NCBI GenBank assembly: GCA_015663245.1
Contig: DQSN01000025.1
Location: 1-47,030, forward strand
Reading direction: 5' to 3'
From: Leucothrix mucor
GTDB lineage: Bacteria > Pseudomonadota > Gammaproteobacteria > Thiotrichales > Thiotrichaceae
Length of the DNA stretch: 47,030 bases
Position numbers and translations under genes: made by a program. Below are positions 9,547 through 23,024 of the stretch, in pieces (positions within the stretch are counted from its first letter, which is position 1; every line of letters begins with the position of its first letter). The notes under the pieces were generated by a model. That model was not told the DNA's origin. It did not search any database and saw nothing but the letters and a program-made list of their open reading frames with translations.

Positions 9547-11904
9547 TTAAACAGCACCAAGCTCAACAGCCCCAAAGGAAGCTCCCAAATTTGCTGAAAG
9601 CTCTGTCCCTCCTAAAATCAAAATACAATTTTCAGAGACACTATCGTCAATTGCTATTTTTGCAACCGTACTAGAACTGCCTTGGATCACATTAACAGCT
9701 GAACCCTCAGCCAAGCCCAGCTTTTCCGCTTCTAGTGAATGCAAATAAACCTGCAACTCGGTATCCGCACTACTAGTATGCAAAGCTACTGCTCTTCTCA
9801 CTAAACTATCGACACTGTAACTAGCAACCTCAGAAACACGTTGTAAACCTGAGTCCGCAGCATGTTTCTGATAAATTTGCATTAAACTATTCGATGTAGT
9901 TTCACGAGTTGCAGCTTCCATGTCCTGCTGTAATTCGCTGCGTACATCCTCAGAAGAAACATAATCAAACCCTGCCACTTCTAAAGCGTTACCCAAAACA
10001 CGTAAGATTTTCCATGTGGGGCGTGCATCAGCGGGCAATTTACTGGCAGCTCTAAAACTCTGCCAAGTTCCTTCTAAATTAACAAATGTGCCTGATGTTT
10101 CTGCAAAAGTAGAAGCTGGCAATAATATATCGGCATAGGATTTTAATGTTTCACTAGCAAAAGGCGTTATAGCAACCACACATTCCGCTTGTATCATTGC
10201 CGCCATCGCTAACTGTGGATCTTCACAATCAAACTCTGGCTCAACATCTAACAGCATGAACATCTTTAAGTTTGACGTTAGCATTTCACTAACATTTTTA
10301 CCTGCTTGCTCTACATCTTGACCTGCTGATTGACGGTGCGGTATCGCGCCTGCAATCCAAGCACCTACGGTATTAGCTGACTCAACTAATGACCCTAAAA
10401 CTGCCCCTGTATTTTCAGCAATGACAACAGCAAGTGCTCGCAAAGCAGAATATTGAGGGTGTGATACCGCCATATTACCCAGCAAAATAACTGCTTTATC
10501 TGAATCTTTTAAATTATTTACTATTTCTTTCGCTGCATCCGTTACTTCAACACCTTGCAACAAATCATCAACCGAGCTAGAGACATTACCACTCGCCATT
10601 GCAATAGCAGCCATATTATCTAGCATTGAGCTAGCATCACCTATAAGCTGCTGAGTAACATCATAATTAAACTCATACTGGCGGGGATTAACCGCCATAA
10701 TATTAGCTCCTTTCAAAGCAGCTTTACGCAAACGATGATTGACCATTGGCTGCTCTTGGCGCACATTAGAACCAACCAATAAAACTGCGTTTTGTGCTTC
10801 TAAATCAGCGATACTCACACCTAACAACGGTGATAATGCCGCTAATTCTTGATCATAAAAATCACTTTGGCGCAAGCGGTGATCAATATTATTAACACCG
10901 CAAGCACGTAACATTTTTTGCAACAAATACTGTTCTTCAAGCGTTGCGCGTGGTGAAACTAAAGCGCCTAATTGACTAACATCTGTCGCTTTAATTCTCT
11001 CTGCAACCGCCTCAAGCGCTACCGCCCACTCAATTTCTCGCCATACGCCGTCTTGTTTAATCATGGGTTTATGCAAACGATCTTCTGCATTTAATCCTTC
11101 ATAACTAAAACGATCTCTATCTGAAATCCAACAGTCATTAACCGCTTCATTCTCTCTTGACACAGTACGCACAACTTGATCTTTGAAACTGTGCAAATAT
11201 ATATTTGAGCCAACGCTGTCATGTGAGGCAATGGATGGAGTTTGTACTACTTCCCAAGGACGTGCCTTATAGCGAGAAGGCTTAGCCGTTAACGCACCAA
11301 CAGGGCAAATATCAATAATATTACCTGACAACTCAGACTGTAAGCTTTGCTCAACAAAAGTGCCTATTTCCATGCGGTCGCCACGACCCAATGCACCCAT
11401 TTCGCGCAAGCCTGCTATTTCTTCACCAAAACGAATACACCGCGTACATTGAATACAGCGCGTCATTTCTGTCGAAACTAATGAGCCAATATCTTTATCA
11501 ACAACAACACGTTTAATCTCTTGGAAGTTAGAAGAGCTACCGCCCGACTTTACTGCCAAATCTTGTAGCTCGCACTCACCACCTTGGTCGCAGATAGGAC
11601 AATCAAGAGGATGATTAATCAGCAAAAACTCCATGTTATCCTTCTGTGCTGATAAGGCTTTTTCGGATCGAGTCCAAACCTTCATGCCATCATTAACAGG
11701 CGTTGCACAGGCAGGCATTGGTTTAGGTGCGCGTTCAACCTCGACCAAGCACATGCGACAGTTTGCCGCAATTGATAATTTTTTGTGGTAGCAGAAACGC
11801 GGTATATGAATACCAGCATCATCAGCAGCCTCAATCAACATGGAACCAGCTTTAACCTGAATCTCCTCATCGTTAATTTTGATTGTGACTAACTCTTCAC
11901 TCAT
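9547..11904 (-). CDS. nuoG: NADH-quinone oxidoreductase subunit G
   Basis: 785 aa. It carries N-terminal 2Fe-2S and 4Fe-4S cysteine clusters (CRMCLVEV; HPLDCPICDQGGEC; CIQCTRCIRF) and a molybdopterin-oxidoreductase-like body. Confidence 0.95.
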   Translation of the reverse strand: MSEELVTIKINDEEIQVKAGSMLIEAADDAGIHIPRFCYHKKLSIAANCRMCLVEVERAPKPMPACATPVNDGMKVWTRSEKALSAQKDNMEFLLINHPLDCPICDQGGECELQDLAVKSGGSSSNFQEIKRVVVDKDIGSLVSTEMTRCIQCTRCIRFGEEIAGLREMGALGRGDRMEIGTFVEQSLQSELSGNIIDICPVGALTAKPSRYKARPWEVVQTPSIASHDSVGSNIYLHSFKDQVVRTVSRENEAVNDCWISDRDRFSYEGLNAEDRLHKPMIKQDGVWREIEWAVALEAVAERIKATDVSQLGALVSPRATLEEQYLLQKMLRACGVNNIDHRLRQSDFYDQELAALSPLLGVSIADLEAQNAVLLVGSNVRQEQPMVNHRLRKAALKGANIMAVNPRQYEFNYDVTQQLIGDASSMLDNMAAIAMASGNVSSSVDDLLQGVEVTDAAKEIVNNLKDSDKAVILLGNMAVSHPQYSALRALAVVIAENTGAVLGSLVESANTVGAWIAGAIPHRQSAGQDVEQAGKNVSEMLTSNLKMFMLLDVEPEFDCEDPQLAMAAMIQAECVVAITPFASETLKSYADILLPASTFAETSGTFVNLEGTWQSFRAASKLPADARPTWKILRVLGNALEVAGFDYVSSEDVRSELQQDMEAATRETTSNSLMQIYQKHAADSGLQRVSEVASYSVDSLVRRAVALHTSSADTELQVYLHSLEAEKLGLAEGSAVNVIQGSSSTVAKIAIDDSVSENCILILGGTELSANLGASFGAVELGAV

Positions 11905-11939
11905 GCTTTTCTTACCTAATATCTACGTGCTTAAAAGAA

Positions 11940-13220
11940 TTACTTCGACTTCACCATTGAACAACCATGCTCAATATAATAAACAAACTCTTCTCTAAAG
12001 TGCTGTATAAAACTCCATACAGGCATTGCTGCGGCTTCGCCTAATGCACAAATGGTGCGACCTTCTATTTTATGGGCGACATCATCTAAACGGTCAATAT
12101 CTTCTAACGTACCTTTGCCTTCGACGATGCGAGTTAATATGCGGTATAACCAGCCTGTGCCTTCTCGACAAGGTGTGCATTGACCACAAGACTCAGAAAA
12201 ATAGAAGCGTGATATACGTTGTAATAACTTCACCATATCAGTGGTATCGTCAATCACCATCACAGCACCCGAGCCAAGGTACGAGCCTGCTTTTGCGATG
12301 GTGTCATAATCCATCGTTAATCCCATTGCAATATCTGCAGGCATAATAGGAACAGATGAGCCACCAGGAATAATCGCTTTGAGCTTATTCCCATTACGAA
12401 TACCACCTGCCATTTCTAACAGGTCAGGAAAAGGAATACCCATAGGCACTTCAAAATTACCAGGGTTATTTAGGTGTCCTGACATTGAAAACAGTTTTTC
12501 ACCGCCTGAACCTTCAACCCCTAAATCTCTAAACCACTCACCACCATTACGTAAAATAACGGGAATGGATGATAATGTTTCAGTATTATTAATCGTGGTA
12601 GGACGACCATACAAACCAAAGCTCGCAGGAAACGGTGGCTTAAAACGGGGCTGTCCTTTTTTACCCTCTAGCGATTCTAATAAAGCTGTTTCTTCTCCAC
12701 AGATATAAGCACCTGCACCTAAAGACCCATATAAATCAAAATCGACAGCCGAACCAAGAATATCTTTACCTAACAAGCCTGCTTCATAGGCTTCTTTTAC
12801 CGCATGCTCAAAGCGAATAAATGGTTCATCCATAAATTCACCACGCATATAGTTGTAACCAACCGTTGCGCCAATACAATAGCCTGCTATCGCCATGCCT
12901 TCAACGAGAGCGTGAGGATTAAAACGTAATAAATCACGGTCTTTACAAGTACCAGGCTCAGATTCATCTGAGTTACAAACAATATATTTTTGCCCTGGCA
13001 TTTTACGTGGCATAAAGCTCCACTTCATACCCGTTGGAAACCCTGCACCACCACGACCACGTAGACCAGAAACTTTTATCTCTTCGATAATATCATCTGG
13101 ATCTTCGCTTTCTTTAAGGATTTTTTGCCACGCTTGATAACCACCTTCTTTAAGATAGCTCTCTAGTGTATGTGACTCATCACCGTATTTTTTTGTTATG
13201 AAGCAAACTTGATCTACCAT
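11940..13220 (-). CDS. nuoF: NADH-quinone oxidoreductase subunit F
   Basis: 426 aa. FMN/NADH site [16 protein letters not shown] and 4Fe-4S motif [11 protein letters not shown] are present. Confidence 0.95.
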   Translation of the reverse strand: MVDQVCFITKKYGDESHTLESYLKEGGYQAWQKILKESEDPDDIIEEIKVSGLRGRGGAGFPTGMKWSFMPRKMPGQKYIVCNSDESEPGTCKDRDLLRFNPHALVEGMAIAGYCIGATVGYNYMRGEFMDEPFIRFEHAVKEAYEAGLLGKDILGSAVDFDLYGSLGAGAYICGEETALLESLEGKKGQPRFKPPFPASFGLYGRPTTINNTETLSSIPVILRNGGEWFRDLGVEGSGGEKLFSMSGHLNNPGNFEVPMGIPFPDLLEMAGGIRNGNKLKAIIPGGSSVPIMPADIAMGLTMDYDTIAKAGSYLGSGAVMVIDDTTDMVKLLQRISRFYFSESCGQCTPCREGTGWLYRILTRIVEGKGTLEDIDRLDDVAHKIEGRTICALGEAAAMPVWSFIQHFREEFVYYIEHGCSMVKSK

Positions 13221-13226
13221 CGAAAC

Positions 13227-13757
13227 CTACTCCAAACCATCCAAAATCTCATCAACTTTTGCTAGCGTGAGACCTTCGTAATAAACATGATTAACCTGCA
13301 TCATCGGTGCACCACAACAAGCGGCTAAACACTCTTCTTCGACTTTAAAGAAAAACTTTCCATCAGCAGTAGTTTCGCCCATCTTGATCCCTAGTTTTGC
13401 CTCGATATGCTCAACAACTTCATCCGAACCATTCAACATACAAGATACGTTGGTACAAACAGAAATACTGTGCCGCCCTGCTGCCTTAGCATCCAGCTCA
13501 TACATGGAATAAAAGCTAGCAACTTCATAAACAGATATTTTTGGCAAATCCAAATATGCCGCTACTGCATCCATTTTCTCAAGAGAAACATAATGATCTT
13601 CATGCATAACAGCACGTAATGCCGCTAGTAAAGCTGATTGTGATTTATCTTCAGGGTAACGTTTCAACCATGAATTAATATCATCAATTTCATGCTGACT
13701 AAGAATAGAAGCATCCGCAGATGAACTTCTCATATCATTTATAACGGTTTCACTCAT
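13227..13757 (-). CDS. nuoE: NADH-quinone oxidoreductase subunit E
   Basis: 176 aa. 2Fe-2S cysteines are present (..[10 protein letters not shown].. and ..CLAACCGAP..). There is a 4-nt ATGA overlap with nuoD. Confidence 0.95.
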   Translation of the reverse strand: MSETVINDMRSSSADASILSQHEIDDINSWLKRYPEDKSQSALLAALRAVMHEDHYVSLEKMDAVAAYLDLPKISVYEVASFYSMYELDAKAAGRHSISVCTNVSCMLNGSDEVVEHIEAKLGIKMGETTADGKFFFKVEEECLAACCGAPMMQVNHVYYEGLTLAKVDEILDGLE

Positions 13758-15007
13758 CGATCCACCTCACCAAATACAATATCCATTGTGCCTATGATGG
13801 TTACAACATCTGCCAACATATGCCCCTTGGTTAACTCATCCATTGCCGACATATGTGCAAAACCTGGGGCGCGAATTTTCAAGCGATACGGCTTATTTGC
13901 ACCATCCGAAACAATATAACAACCAAACTCACCTTTAGGATGTTCAACAGCGGCATAAGCTTCACCTTCTGGCAAACAATAACCTTCTGTCGCCAACTTA
14001 AAGTGATGAATTAAGGCTTCCATATCTGACTTCATTGCAGCGCGTGGTGGCGGTGATACCTTGGCATCATCCGACATAACTGACCCAGGGTTTTTATTGA
14101 GCCAATCAACACATTGTTTAATGATATTATTTGACTGACGCATCTCTTCAATACGCACTAAATACCGATCATAGCTATCGCCATTTGTACCTACAGGAAT
14201 ATCAAAATCCATTTTATCGTAAACTTCATAAGGCTGCTTTTTACGCAAATCCCATTCAACACCTGAGCCACGTAACATCGCACCTGTTAAACCAAGCTGC
14301 AAAGCACGTTCAGGGGAAACAATACCAATATCAACCAAACGCTGTTTCCATATGCGGTTATCTGTCAATAGTGTTTCATACTCATCCACATAACCTGGAA
14401 AGCGATTAGTGAAGTCTTCAAGAAAATCTAAAACTGTTCCACCACGGTTTGCATTCAAACGAATAATGTCTGCATCACTATGCCAACGGGATTTTTCGTA
14501 AAGTGGCATAACATCGGGTAAATCTCGATATACTCCACCAGGACGATAATAAGTCGCATGTAAACGTGCGCCAGATACTGCCTCGTAGACATCCATTAAA
14601 TCTTCACGTTCACGGAAAGCATATAAGAACATGGTCATTGCGCCCACATCTAATGCGTGTGCGCCAATCCAAAGTAGATGGTTAAGAATACGGGTAATTT
14701 CGTCGAACATAACACGAATATACTGTGCTCGAATGGGCACATCGACATCCAACATTTTCTCTAATGCCAGTACATAGCCATGTTCATTACACATCATCGA
14801 CACATAGTCGAGTCGATCCATATAACCAATGCTTTGATTATACGGCTTACTTTCAGCTAATTTTTCAGTGCCTCGATGCAACAAACCTATATGCGGATCT
14901 GCACGTTCAATAACTTCGCCATCCATTTCTAGCACTAGGCGTAGTACACCATGTGCCGCAGGATGAACAGGACCAAAGTTTAAAGTAAAATTACGAATTT
15001 CAGGCAT
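13754..15007 (-). CDS. nuoD: NADH-quinone oxidoreductase subunit D
   Basis: 417-aa 49-kDa-type subunit (..[14 protein letters not shown].. and C-terminal ..DIVFGEVDR). It is a separate ORF from nuoC. Confidence 0.95.
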   Translation of the reverse strand: MPEIRNFTLNFGPVHPAAHGVLRLVLEMDGEVIERADPHIGLLHRGTEKLAESKPYNQSIGYMDRLDYVSMMCNEHGYVLALEKMLDVDVPIRAQYIRVMFDEITRILNHLLWIGAHALDVGAMTMFLYAFREREDLMDVYEAVSGARLHATYYRPGGVYRDLPDVMPLYEKSRWHSDADIIRLNANRGGTVLDFLEDFTNRFPGYVDEYETLLTDNRIWKQRLVDIGIVSPERALQLGLTGAMLRGSGVEWDLRKKQPYEVYDKMDFDIPVGTNGDSYDRYLVRIEEMRQSNNIIKQCVDWLNKNPGSVMSDDAKVSPPPRAAMKSDMEALIHHFKLATEGYCLPEGEAYAAVEHPKGEFGCYIVSDGANKPYRLKIRAPGFAHMSAMDELTKGHMLADVVTIIGTMDIVFGEVDR

Positions 15008-15720
15008 TAATCATCCGCCTCTGTTATATCCAGCGTACCTTCTGATGCACGAATAACACGTGGTACTAAAACACGGGGTTCAATCGAGACAGGCTCATAG
15101 ACAACACGCTTTAGTTCTTCGTCGTAACGCATTTCTACCTGACCAATAAGGGGGAAGTCTTTTCTAAAAGGATGACCAACAAAGCCATAATCCGTCAATA
15201 TACGGCGTAAATCAGGGTGATTGACAAAAATAACACCGAACAAGTCAAATGCTTCACGCTCAAACCAGTTAGCCGAATTCCAAACATCATTAACTGAGTC
15301 CATCATCGGCATATCATTGTCTTCACAAAATATTTTGACACGAACGCGGTTATTATTTTCAACTGAAAGCAAGTGAATGACAACCGCATAGCGTCTACCA
15401 TCTTCCATACTACTGTTCGCATCCGACTTTGAATCTCTACCAAAATCAAATAAATCATCTCGTTTTACCCCACGGCTAAAACCAGAGACATCAGCATCCC
15501 ACTCTGATTCGCCATAACTTAAATAATCAACTGCACACAGATCTATTAATTGTGCAAAGCCGTGGCTATCACGCAATTGCTGCGCAACACCGACTAAATC
15601 GGTCGCGGCTATTTCAATGGTCAGTTCATTAAAAGCAATGACTGCATTTTGAATTTTATCAGCTAGTGACGATGACAACTCAGCTTGTAGAGCTTCTATC
15701 ATTGGGGATGTATTAATCAT
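15007..15720 (-). CDS. nuoC: NADH-quinone oxidoreductase subunit C
   Basis: 237-aa 30-kDa-type subunit (..[29 protein letters not shown]..). There are 1-nt TAATG overlaps on both sides. Confidence 0.93.
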   Translation of the reverse strand: MINTSPMIEALQAELSSSLADKIQNAVIAFNELTIEIAATDLVGVAQQLRDSHGFAQLIDLCAVDYLSYGESEWDADVSGFSRGVKRDDLFDFGRDSKSDANSSMEDGRRYAVVIHLLSVENNNRVRVKIFCEDNDMPMMDSVNDVWNSANWFEREAFDLFGVIFVNHPDLRRILTDYGFVGHPFRKDFPLIGQVEMRYDEELKRVVYEPVSIEPRVLVPRVIRASEGTLDITEADD

Positions 15721-16214
15721 TAAGCCTCTACCTTGCGGGCGATAGTATTAGTACGCTTAATTTTGTTTTGTAATTGGATGATACCGTAGAGCAACGCCTC
15801 CGCTGTCGGCGGGCAACCTGGTATATAAATATCAACAGGGATAATGCGATCACAACCACGAACGACTGCATAAGAGTAGTGATAATAACCGCCGCCATTC
15901 GCGCATGAACCCATTGATATAACCCACCGTGGCTCAGCCATTTGGTCATAAGCTTTACGCAGCGCTGGAGCCATCTTGTTTGTTAATGTACCCGCCACAA
16001 TCAACACGTCTGATTGGCGTGGACTAGGACGAAACAAAACACCAAAACGATCCATATCATAACGAGCAGCGCCAGCCTGCATCATTTCGACAGCACAACA
16101 TGCCAAACCAAAGGTCATCGGCCAAAGTGAGCCAGTACGCGCCCAGTTTATTAATTTATCGGCAGAAGTTGTAAAAAAACCAGCGTCTTGGCTATTGTTA
16201 GCTTCTATTCCCAT
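15720..16214 (-). CDS. nuoB: NADH-quinone oxidoreductase subunit B
   Basis: PSST-type subunit (..[10 protein letters not shown].., ..[10 protein letters not shown].., ..[12 protein letters not shown]..). The track ORF starts at 16235. I prefer the ATG at 16214, which is preceded by aaagggg 7 nt upstream. Either start overlaps the nuoA stop. Confidence 0.9.
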   Translation of the reverse strand: MGIEANNSQDAGFFTTSADKLINWARTGSLWPMTFGLACCAVEMMQAGAARYDMDRFGVLFRPSPRQSDVLIVAGTLTNKMAPALRKAYDQMAEPRWVISMGSCANGGGYYHYSYAVVRGCDRIIPVDIYIPGCPPTAEALLYGIIQLQNKIKRTNTIARKVEA

Positions 16215-16582
16215 TCCAACGCCCCTTTCTTCCATTCATAGATAAACCCTACAATGAGAATCCCAAGAAATATAGCCATTGAGATAAGACCGAAAAGCCC
16301 TATTTTGTCCAATACGATTGCCCATGGAAAAAGAAATGCTATTTCCAAGTCAAAGATGATAAATAAGATAGCAACAAGATAGTAGCGCACATCAAACTTC
16401 ATGCGCGCATCTTCAAAGGCTTCAAAGCCACACTCAAAAGGCGAGTCTTTTGCTTCATAAGACTTACGAGTACTCAGCAATGCGCCTAACAACAGCATCA
16501 CTACCGCCAGACCAAAGCCAACTCCCAAAAAGATCAGGATAGGTAAATACGCTTCCAGCATCGTCATAATTCGTATAACCAT
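16205..16582 (-). CDS. nuoA: NADH-quinone oxidoreductase subunit A
   Basis: 125-aa ND3-like protein (..[26 protein letters not shown]..). It is the first gene of the operon. The start could instead be the ATG at 16567. Confidence 0.92.
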   Translation of the reverse strand: MVIRIMTMLEAYLPILIFLGVGFGLAVVMLLLGALLSTRKSYEAKDSPFECGFEAFEDARMKFDVRYYLVAILFIIFDLEIAFLFPWAIVLDKIGLFGLISMAIFLGILIVGFIYEWKKGALEWE

Positions 16583-17185
16583 CTATTAAGGTAAACAGCT
16601 TTATACTTCGCATTATGTACCAACAGATTGTTGATTACATTTAAATACGTAAAAGACTGTAATGTTAGAAATATTCTCTAGCGAAGTTTTGTCTACTTAC
16701 CAAGCAGAAAAAGAATGACTTCGCTCTCTAATAACTATTATTGAGCAGCTGAATATACACTTAATCCTATCCAAAGCTCAAGAACGACAGATAATATTTA
16801 TCATCTTTTTTATATTGACAATTTGAATACTAATATTATTCAAATCAAGGGGTTTACCAAATAACATTGTATCCAACACATATTTTAAACAGTATTAATA
16901 TTCAACTTTAACCTTTGAATACATATATTTAAAAAGCATATCTTAATCATAGATTTTGCTGATTAGTACTTATAAGCAGCATTTAACACTGGGCAAAACC
17001 AACTTGAACAATTTAGGTGTGTTGATAGGGGTATTAAAAAAAACATAATGCGTTTCTCAAGGTTGTATATATCCGCATTGCATAAAAAACCAAGTTTAAT
17101 ACTTGCAAATAGACCATCTAGGAGCCTGACCAAGAGCGGTAAGCATCGCGAAAATTTGACCAATTAGCGCCTGCTTGGCAATCAA
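16583..17185 (-). promoter_or_regulatory. Long AT-rich nuo upstream/leader region with two TTGAATA/TATTCAA palindromes
   Basis: About 600 nt has no credible ORF. Palindromes are atttgaata-N7-tattcaaat (16821-16845) and tattcaa-N9-ttgaata (16899-16921). No promoter hexamers could be assigned with confidence. Confidence 0.4.
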
Positions 17186-17190
17186 ATGTG

Positions 17191-17285
17191 GAAAATAATT
17201 ACTCCCTTTAACGTATTTGACCATCAAATAAGTGCAATTAGGCGAGTTTGCAGCAGCTTGTCTCACTCTCTATCAGGCTCCACCA
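17191..17285 (+). repeat. R1 repeat, copy b
   Basis: 79% identical (72/91) to positions 1-91. It is embedded in a 39-codon open frame, 17186-17305 (MWKIITPFNVFDHQISAIRRVCSSLSHSLSGSTSHFLKN*), whose TAG overlaps the lptE stop codon. A partial extra unit (atttgacca..attag..) lies at about 17152-17185. Confidence 0.8.
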
Positions 17286-17301
17286 GCCATTTTCTTAAAA
17301 A

Positions 17302-17817
17302 TTAGAGTTTACTGTATTGCAAACGCAACAAGATTAATCGCGCCGCCTCTTCACGCAATGACTGTAAAATACGGTGTTCTTCCTCTGCTTTTCCCAATAC
17401 AAAGTTCGCATCATAAATTAAAGTCTTATCAAGATTAACCAAACGGCTTTCCAATACTTTTCCTGACGCTTTAATTTGATAATCAAAGCGCAAAAAAACC
17501 AGATACTCACGCGCTACTCTATTTTTAGTATAGGCAATAATTTTTTTACCCTCTTTTAAATGCCTAATACTAATAATAGAAGCAGCAGAATCTAGAGGTA
17601 CAAGCTCTCCTGCTGCATCAGTAACAGCTTGCTCTAACGCAGCATATAAATCGGATTCAGTAGAAACACCTTGCAGACTGATTTTTTTATAATCACCTGA
17701 AAGCTGCACAGACTCTCGCAAATGAAAACCAGAACCCGCACATGATTGCAGGAATAATAAAACCAAGACTATAGCGAACAGCTTAGTATTTAGTTTATGC
17801 CATAGCCTGTCTGTCAT
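17302..17817 (-). CDS. lptE: LPS-assembly lipoprotein LptE
   Basis: Lipoprotein signal with lipobox (..VLLFLQSC/AGSG..). It lies directly downstream of leuS, as in the conserved leuS-lptE pair. The ATG at 17817 is preferred because ggagatgtg precedes it; the track start at 17844 is a TTG. Confidence 0.8.
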   Translation of the reverse strand: MTDRLWHKLNTKLFAIVLVLLFLQSCAGSGFHLRESVQLSGDYKKISLQGVSTESDLYAALEQAVTDAAGELVPLDSAASIISIRHLKEGKKIIAYTKNRVAREYLVFLRFDYQIKASGKVLESRLVNLDKTLIYDANFVLGKAEEEHRILQSLREEAARLILLRLQYSKL

Positions 17818-17868
17818 CACATCTCCCTTCCCTACCAGTTGCAAGTCAACCCCACCCAGAAGCCTGAT

Positions 17869-20637
<2,769 letters not shown>

Positions 20638-20644
20638 TTAGCTA

Positions 20645-22738
20645 TTACTTCTTCTTAGCTGCTTCTTCACGCTCTTTTACTTCTTTAATAACATCTTCCG
20701 AGATATTCTTTGGACATGGTGAGTAGTGCGAGAACTCCATAGAGAACTGTCCACGACCTGATGTCATTGTGCGTAGGTCACCGATGTAACCAAACATTTC
20801 ACTCAAAGGCACATCACACTTAATGCTTACGCCTGTTGCTCCAGACTCCTGAGACTTGATCATGCCACGACGACGGTTAACGTCACCGATTACATCGCCT
20901 ACGTGATCATCTGGAGTGAATATATCAACTTTCATTACAGGCTCGATTAACTGAGGCCCTGCTTGAGGAATTGATTGCCTAAATGCACCACGTGAAGCTA
21001 GCTCAAATGCTATTGCAGAGGAGTCAACCGCATGGAAAGCACCATCTATTAGCGTTACTTTAACGTCTAAACATGGGAAGCCAGCGAGTACGCCTTTGTC
21101 CATCATGCCTGCAAAGCCTTTTTCGACAGCAGGCCAGAATTCACGAGGAACATTACCGCCTGTTACTTTAGACTCAAAGATATAACCTTCTCCTGCTTCT
21201 CCTGGCTCGATGATGTAGTCGATTCTACCGTATTGACCAGAACCACCAGATTGCTTCTTGTGCGTGTAACTATCTTCTACACGTTGCGTGATTGTCTCGC
21301 GATATGCAACTTGAGGCTTACCCACTTCAACTTCAACACCGTGCGTACGACGCATAATGTCGATTTTGATGTCTAGGTGTAACTCACCCATACCTTTAAG
21401 AATTGTCTCACCACTGTCTTCGTCTGTCTCAACGATGAAAGTAGGATCTTCTGCGATCATTTTACCAAGCGCAACACCCATTTTTTCTGATGCTGCTTTA
21501 TCCACAGGTGATACAGCAATTGATATTACTGGCTCTGGGAATACCATTGGCTCTAAGGTCGCAGGATTCTTAGGATCACATAATGTGTGACCTGTTTGTA
21601 CGTTCTTCATGCCTAGCACAGCAACAATGTCGCCTGCTTGAGCAGATGTTAATTCGATACGATCTTCCGCAGACATTTCTACGATACGTCCGACACGCTC
21701 TGTCTTTCCTGTGAAGGAGTTAAGAATGGTCATGCCTTTCTCTAGGCGACCAGAGTACATACGAATAAAGGTTAATGCACCATAACGATCATCCATGATT
21801 TTAAATGCTAGTGCACGTAAAGGATAATCAGGGTCAACAATTGCAAATTCGCCTGTCTCGTTACCTTCTTCGTCCACTTCTGGCTGAGGAGGGACTTCAA
21901 CTGGATTTGGCAGGTAGTCAACAACACCATCCAATACTAATTGAATGCCTTTATTTTTGAACGCGGAACCACAGAATGTAGGGAAGAAATCAAGTGCGAT
22001 TGTACCTTTACGTATACATGCTTTGATTACATCAATACTAGGCTCTTCGCCTTCAAGATATTGCTCCATTGCGTCTTCGTCTTGCTCGACAACTGTCTCA
22101 ATCAAGAATTCACGATGCTCTTCAACCAAGTCAACCATATCTGCTGGAACGTCTTCGATCTTATAATTAAGCGGATCGTTTGAGTCGTCCCATATCCACG
22201 CTTTACGTGTTAGTAGATCAACAACACCAACAAAGTCATCCTCTATACCAATAGGAAGAACCATTGGTACTGCAACCGCACCTAGCACGTCTTTTACTTG
22301 CTCAACAACTTTAAGGAAGTCAGCTCCAACACGGTCTAGCTTATTAACTAGAATAACACGCGCTACTTTTGATTCGTTCGCATAACGCCAGTTTGTTTCT
22401 GACTGAGGCTCTACACCACCAGACCCACAGAAAACACCAATACCGCCATCTAATACTTTAAGTGAACGATAAACTTCAACAGTAAAGTCAACGTGACCAG
22501 GGGTATCAATGATATTAAAACGATGATTATCCCATGTACAACTTACAGCAGCCGACTGGATAGTGATGCCACGCTCTGCTTCTTGTTCCATGAAGTCAGT
22601 TGTCGCTTCGCCATCGTGCACTTCGCCGATTTTATGAATTTTACCTGTAAGGCTCAATATACGTTCTGTAGTCGTTGTTTTACCAGCATCAACGTGCGCA
22701 AAAATACCAATATTTCGGTAGAGGGTTAAATCAGTCAT
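20645..22738 (-). CDS. fusA: Elongation factor G, stand-alone paralogue (EF-G2-like)
   Basis: 697 aa. GTPase motifs [17 protein letters not shown] and NKLD are present, with the full five-domain length. It is not in an rpsL-rpsG-fusA-tuf context. Confidence 0.9.
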   Translation of the reverse strand: MTDLTLYRNIGIFAHVDAGKTTTTERILSLTGKIHKIGEVHDGEATTDFMEQEAERGITIQSAAVSCTWDNHRFNIIDTPGHVDFTVEVYRSLKVLDGGIGVFCGSGGVEPQSETNWRYANESKVARVILVNKLDRVGADFLKVVEQVKDVLGAVAVPMVLPIGIEDDFVGVVDLLTRKAWIWDDSNDPLNYKIEDVPADMVDLVEEHREFLIETVVEQDEDAMEQYLEGEEPSIDVIKACIRKGTIALDFFPTFCGSAFKNKGIQLVLDGVVDYLPNPVEVPPQPEVDEEGNETGEFAIVDPDYPLRALAFKIMDDRYGALTFIRMYSGRLEKGMTILNSFTGKTERVGRIVEMSAEDRIELTSAQAGDIVAVLGMKNVQTGHTLCDPKNPATLEPMVFPEPVISIAVSPVDKAASEKMGVALGKMIAEDPTFIVETDEDSGETILKGMGELHLDIKIDIMRRTHGVEVEVGKPQVAYRETITQRVEDSYTHKKQSGGSGQYGRIDYIIEPGEAGEGYIFESKVTGGNVPREFWPAVEKGFAGMMDKGVLAGFPCLDVKVTLIDGAFHAVDSSAIAFELASRGAFRQSIPQAGPQLIEPVMKVDIFTPDDHVGDVIGDVNRRRGMIKSQESGATGVSIKCDVPLSEMFGYIGDLRTMTSGRGQFSMEFSHYSPCPKNISEDVIKEVKEREEAAKKK

Positions 22739-23024
22739 ACTTAATGTTCTCTAAAAGACCGTGTTTTCTGTTGTGAAAAGAACACCAATACTGCGTGTGT
22801 TCCCGCTAAAATTTAATGTAAAAACGCCGAAGTCTAACACCACTGCGATTATAGCCGAGGGATTATATGGAAAGATCGAACAATTTTCATGTTTAATTTC
22901 ATGCTTAATGGAAGTTACAGCAAGAATTCGACCTTATACATGTTTTAAAACCAATAAAAACCACCATTATTATTATTAATTACAATTGGTTACATTAAAC
23001 TGGCAACATGCAAAAAGTCTATAA

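Noticed and set aside
15007-15720. An insertion of about 35 aa in NuoC (..[37 protein letters not shown]..) relative to 200-aa NuoC proteins.
   Set aside because: From memory, comparable ..EW..GFSR.. insertions occur in unfused NuoC of other gammaproteobacteria, for example Xanthomonas and Legionella types. It is not a novelty.
16963-17163. 66-aa minus-strand ORF in the nuo upstream region.
   Set aside because: It has odd composition (MVKFSRCLPLLVRLLDG..NCSSWFCPV..) and no SD-like sequence, and it lies in AT-rich spacer. No family is recognised, so it is treated as non-coding.
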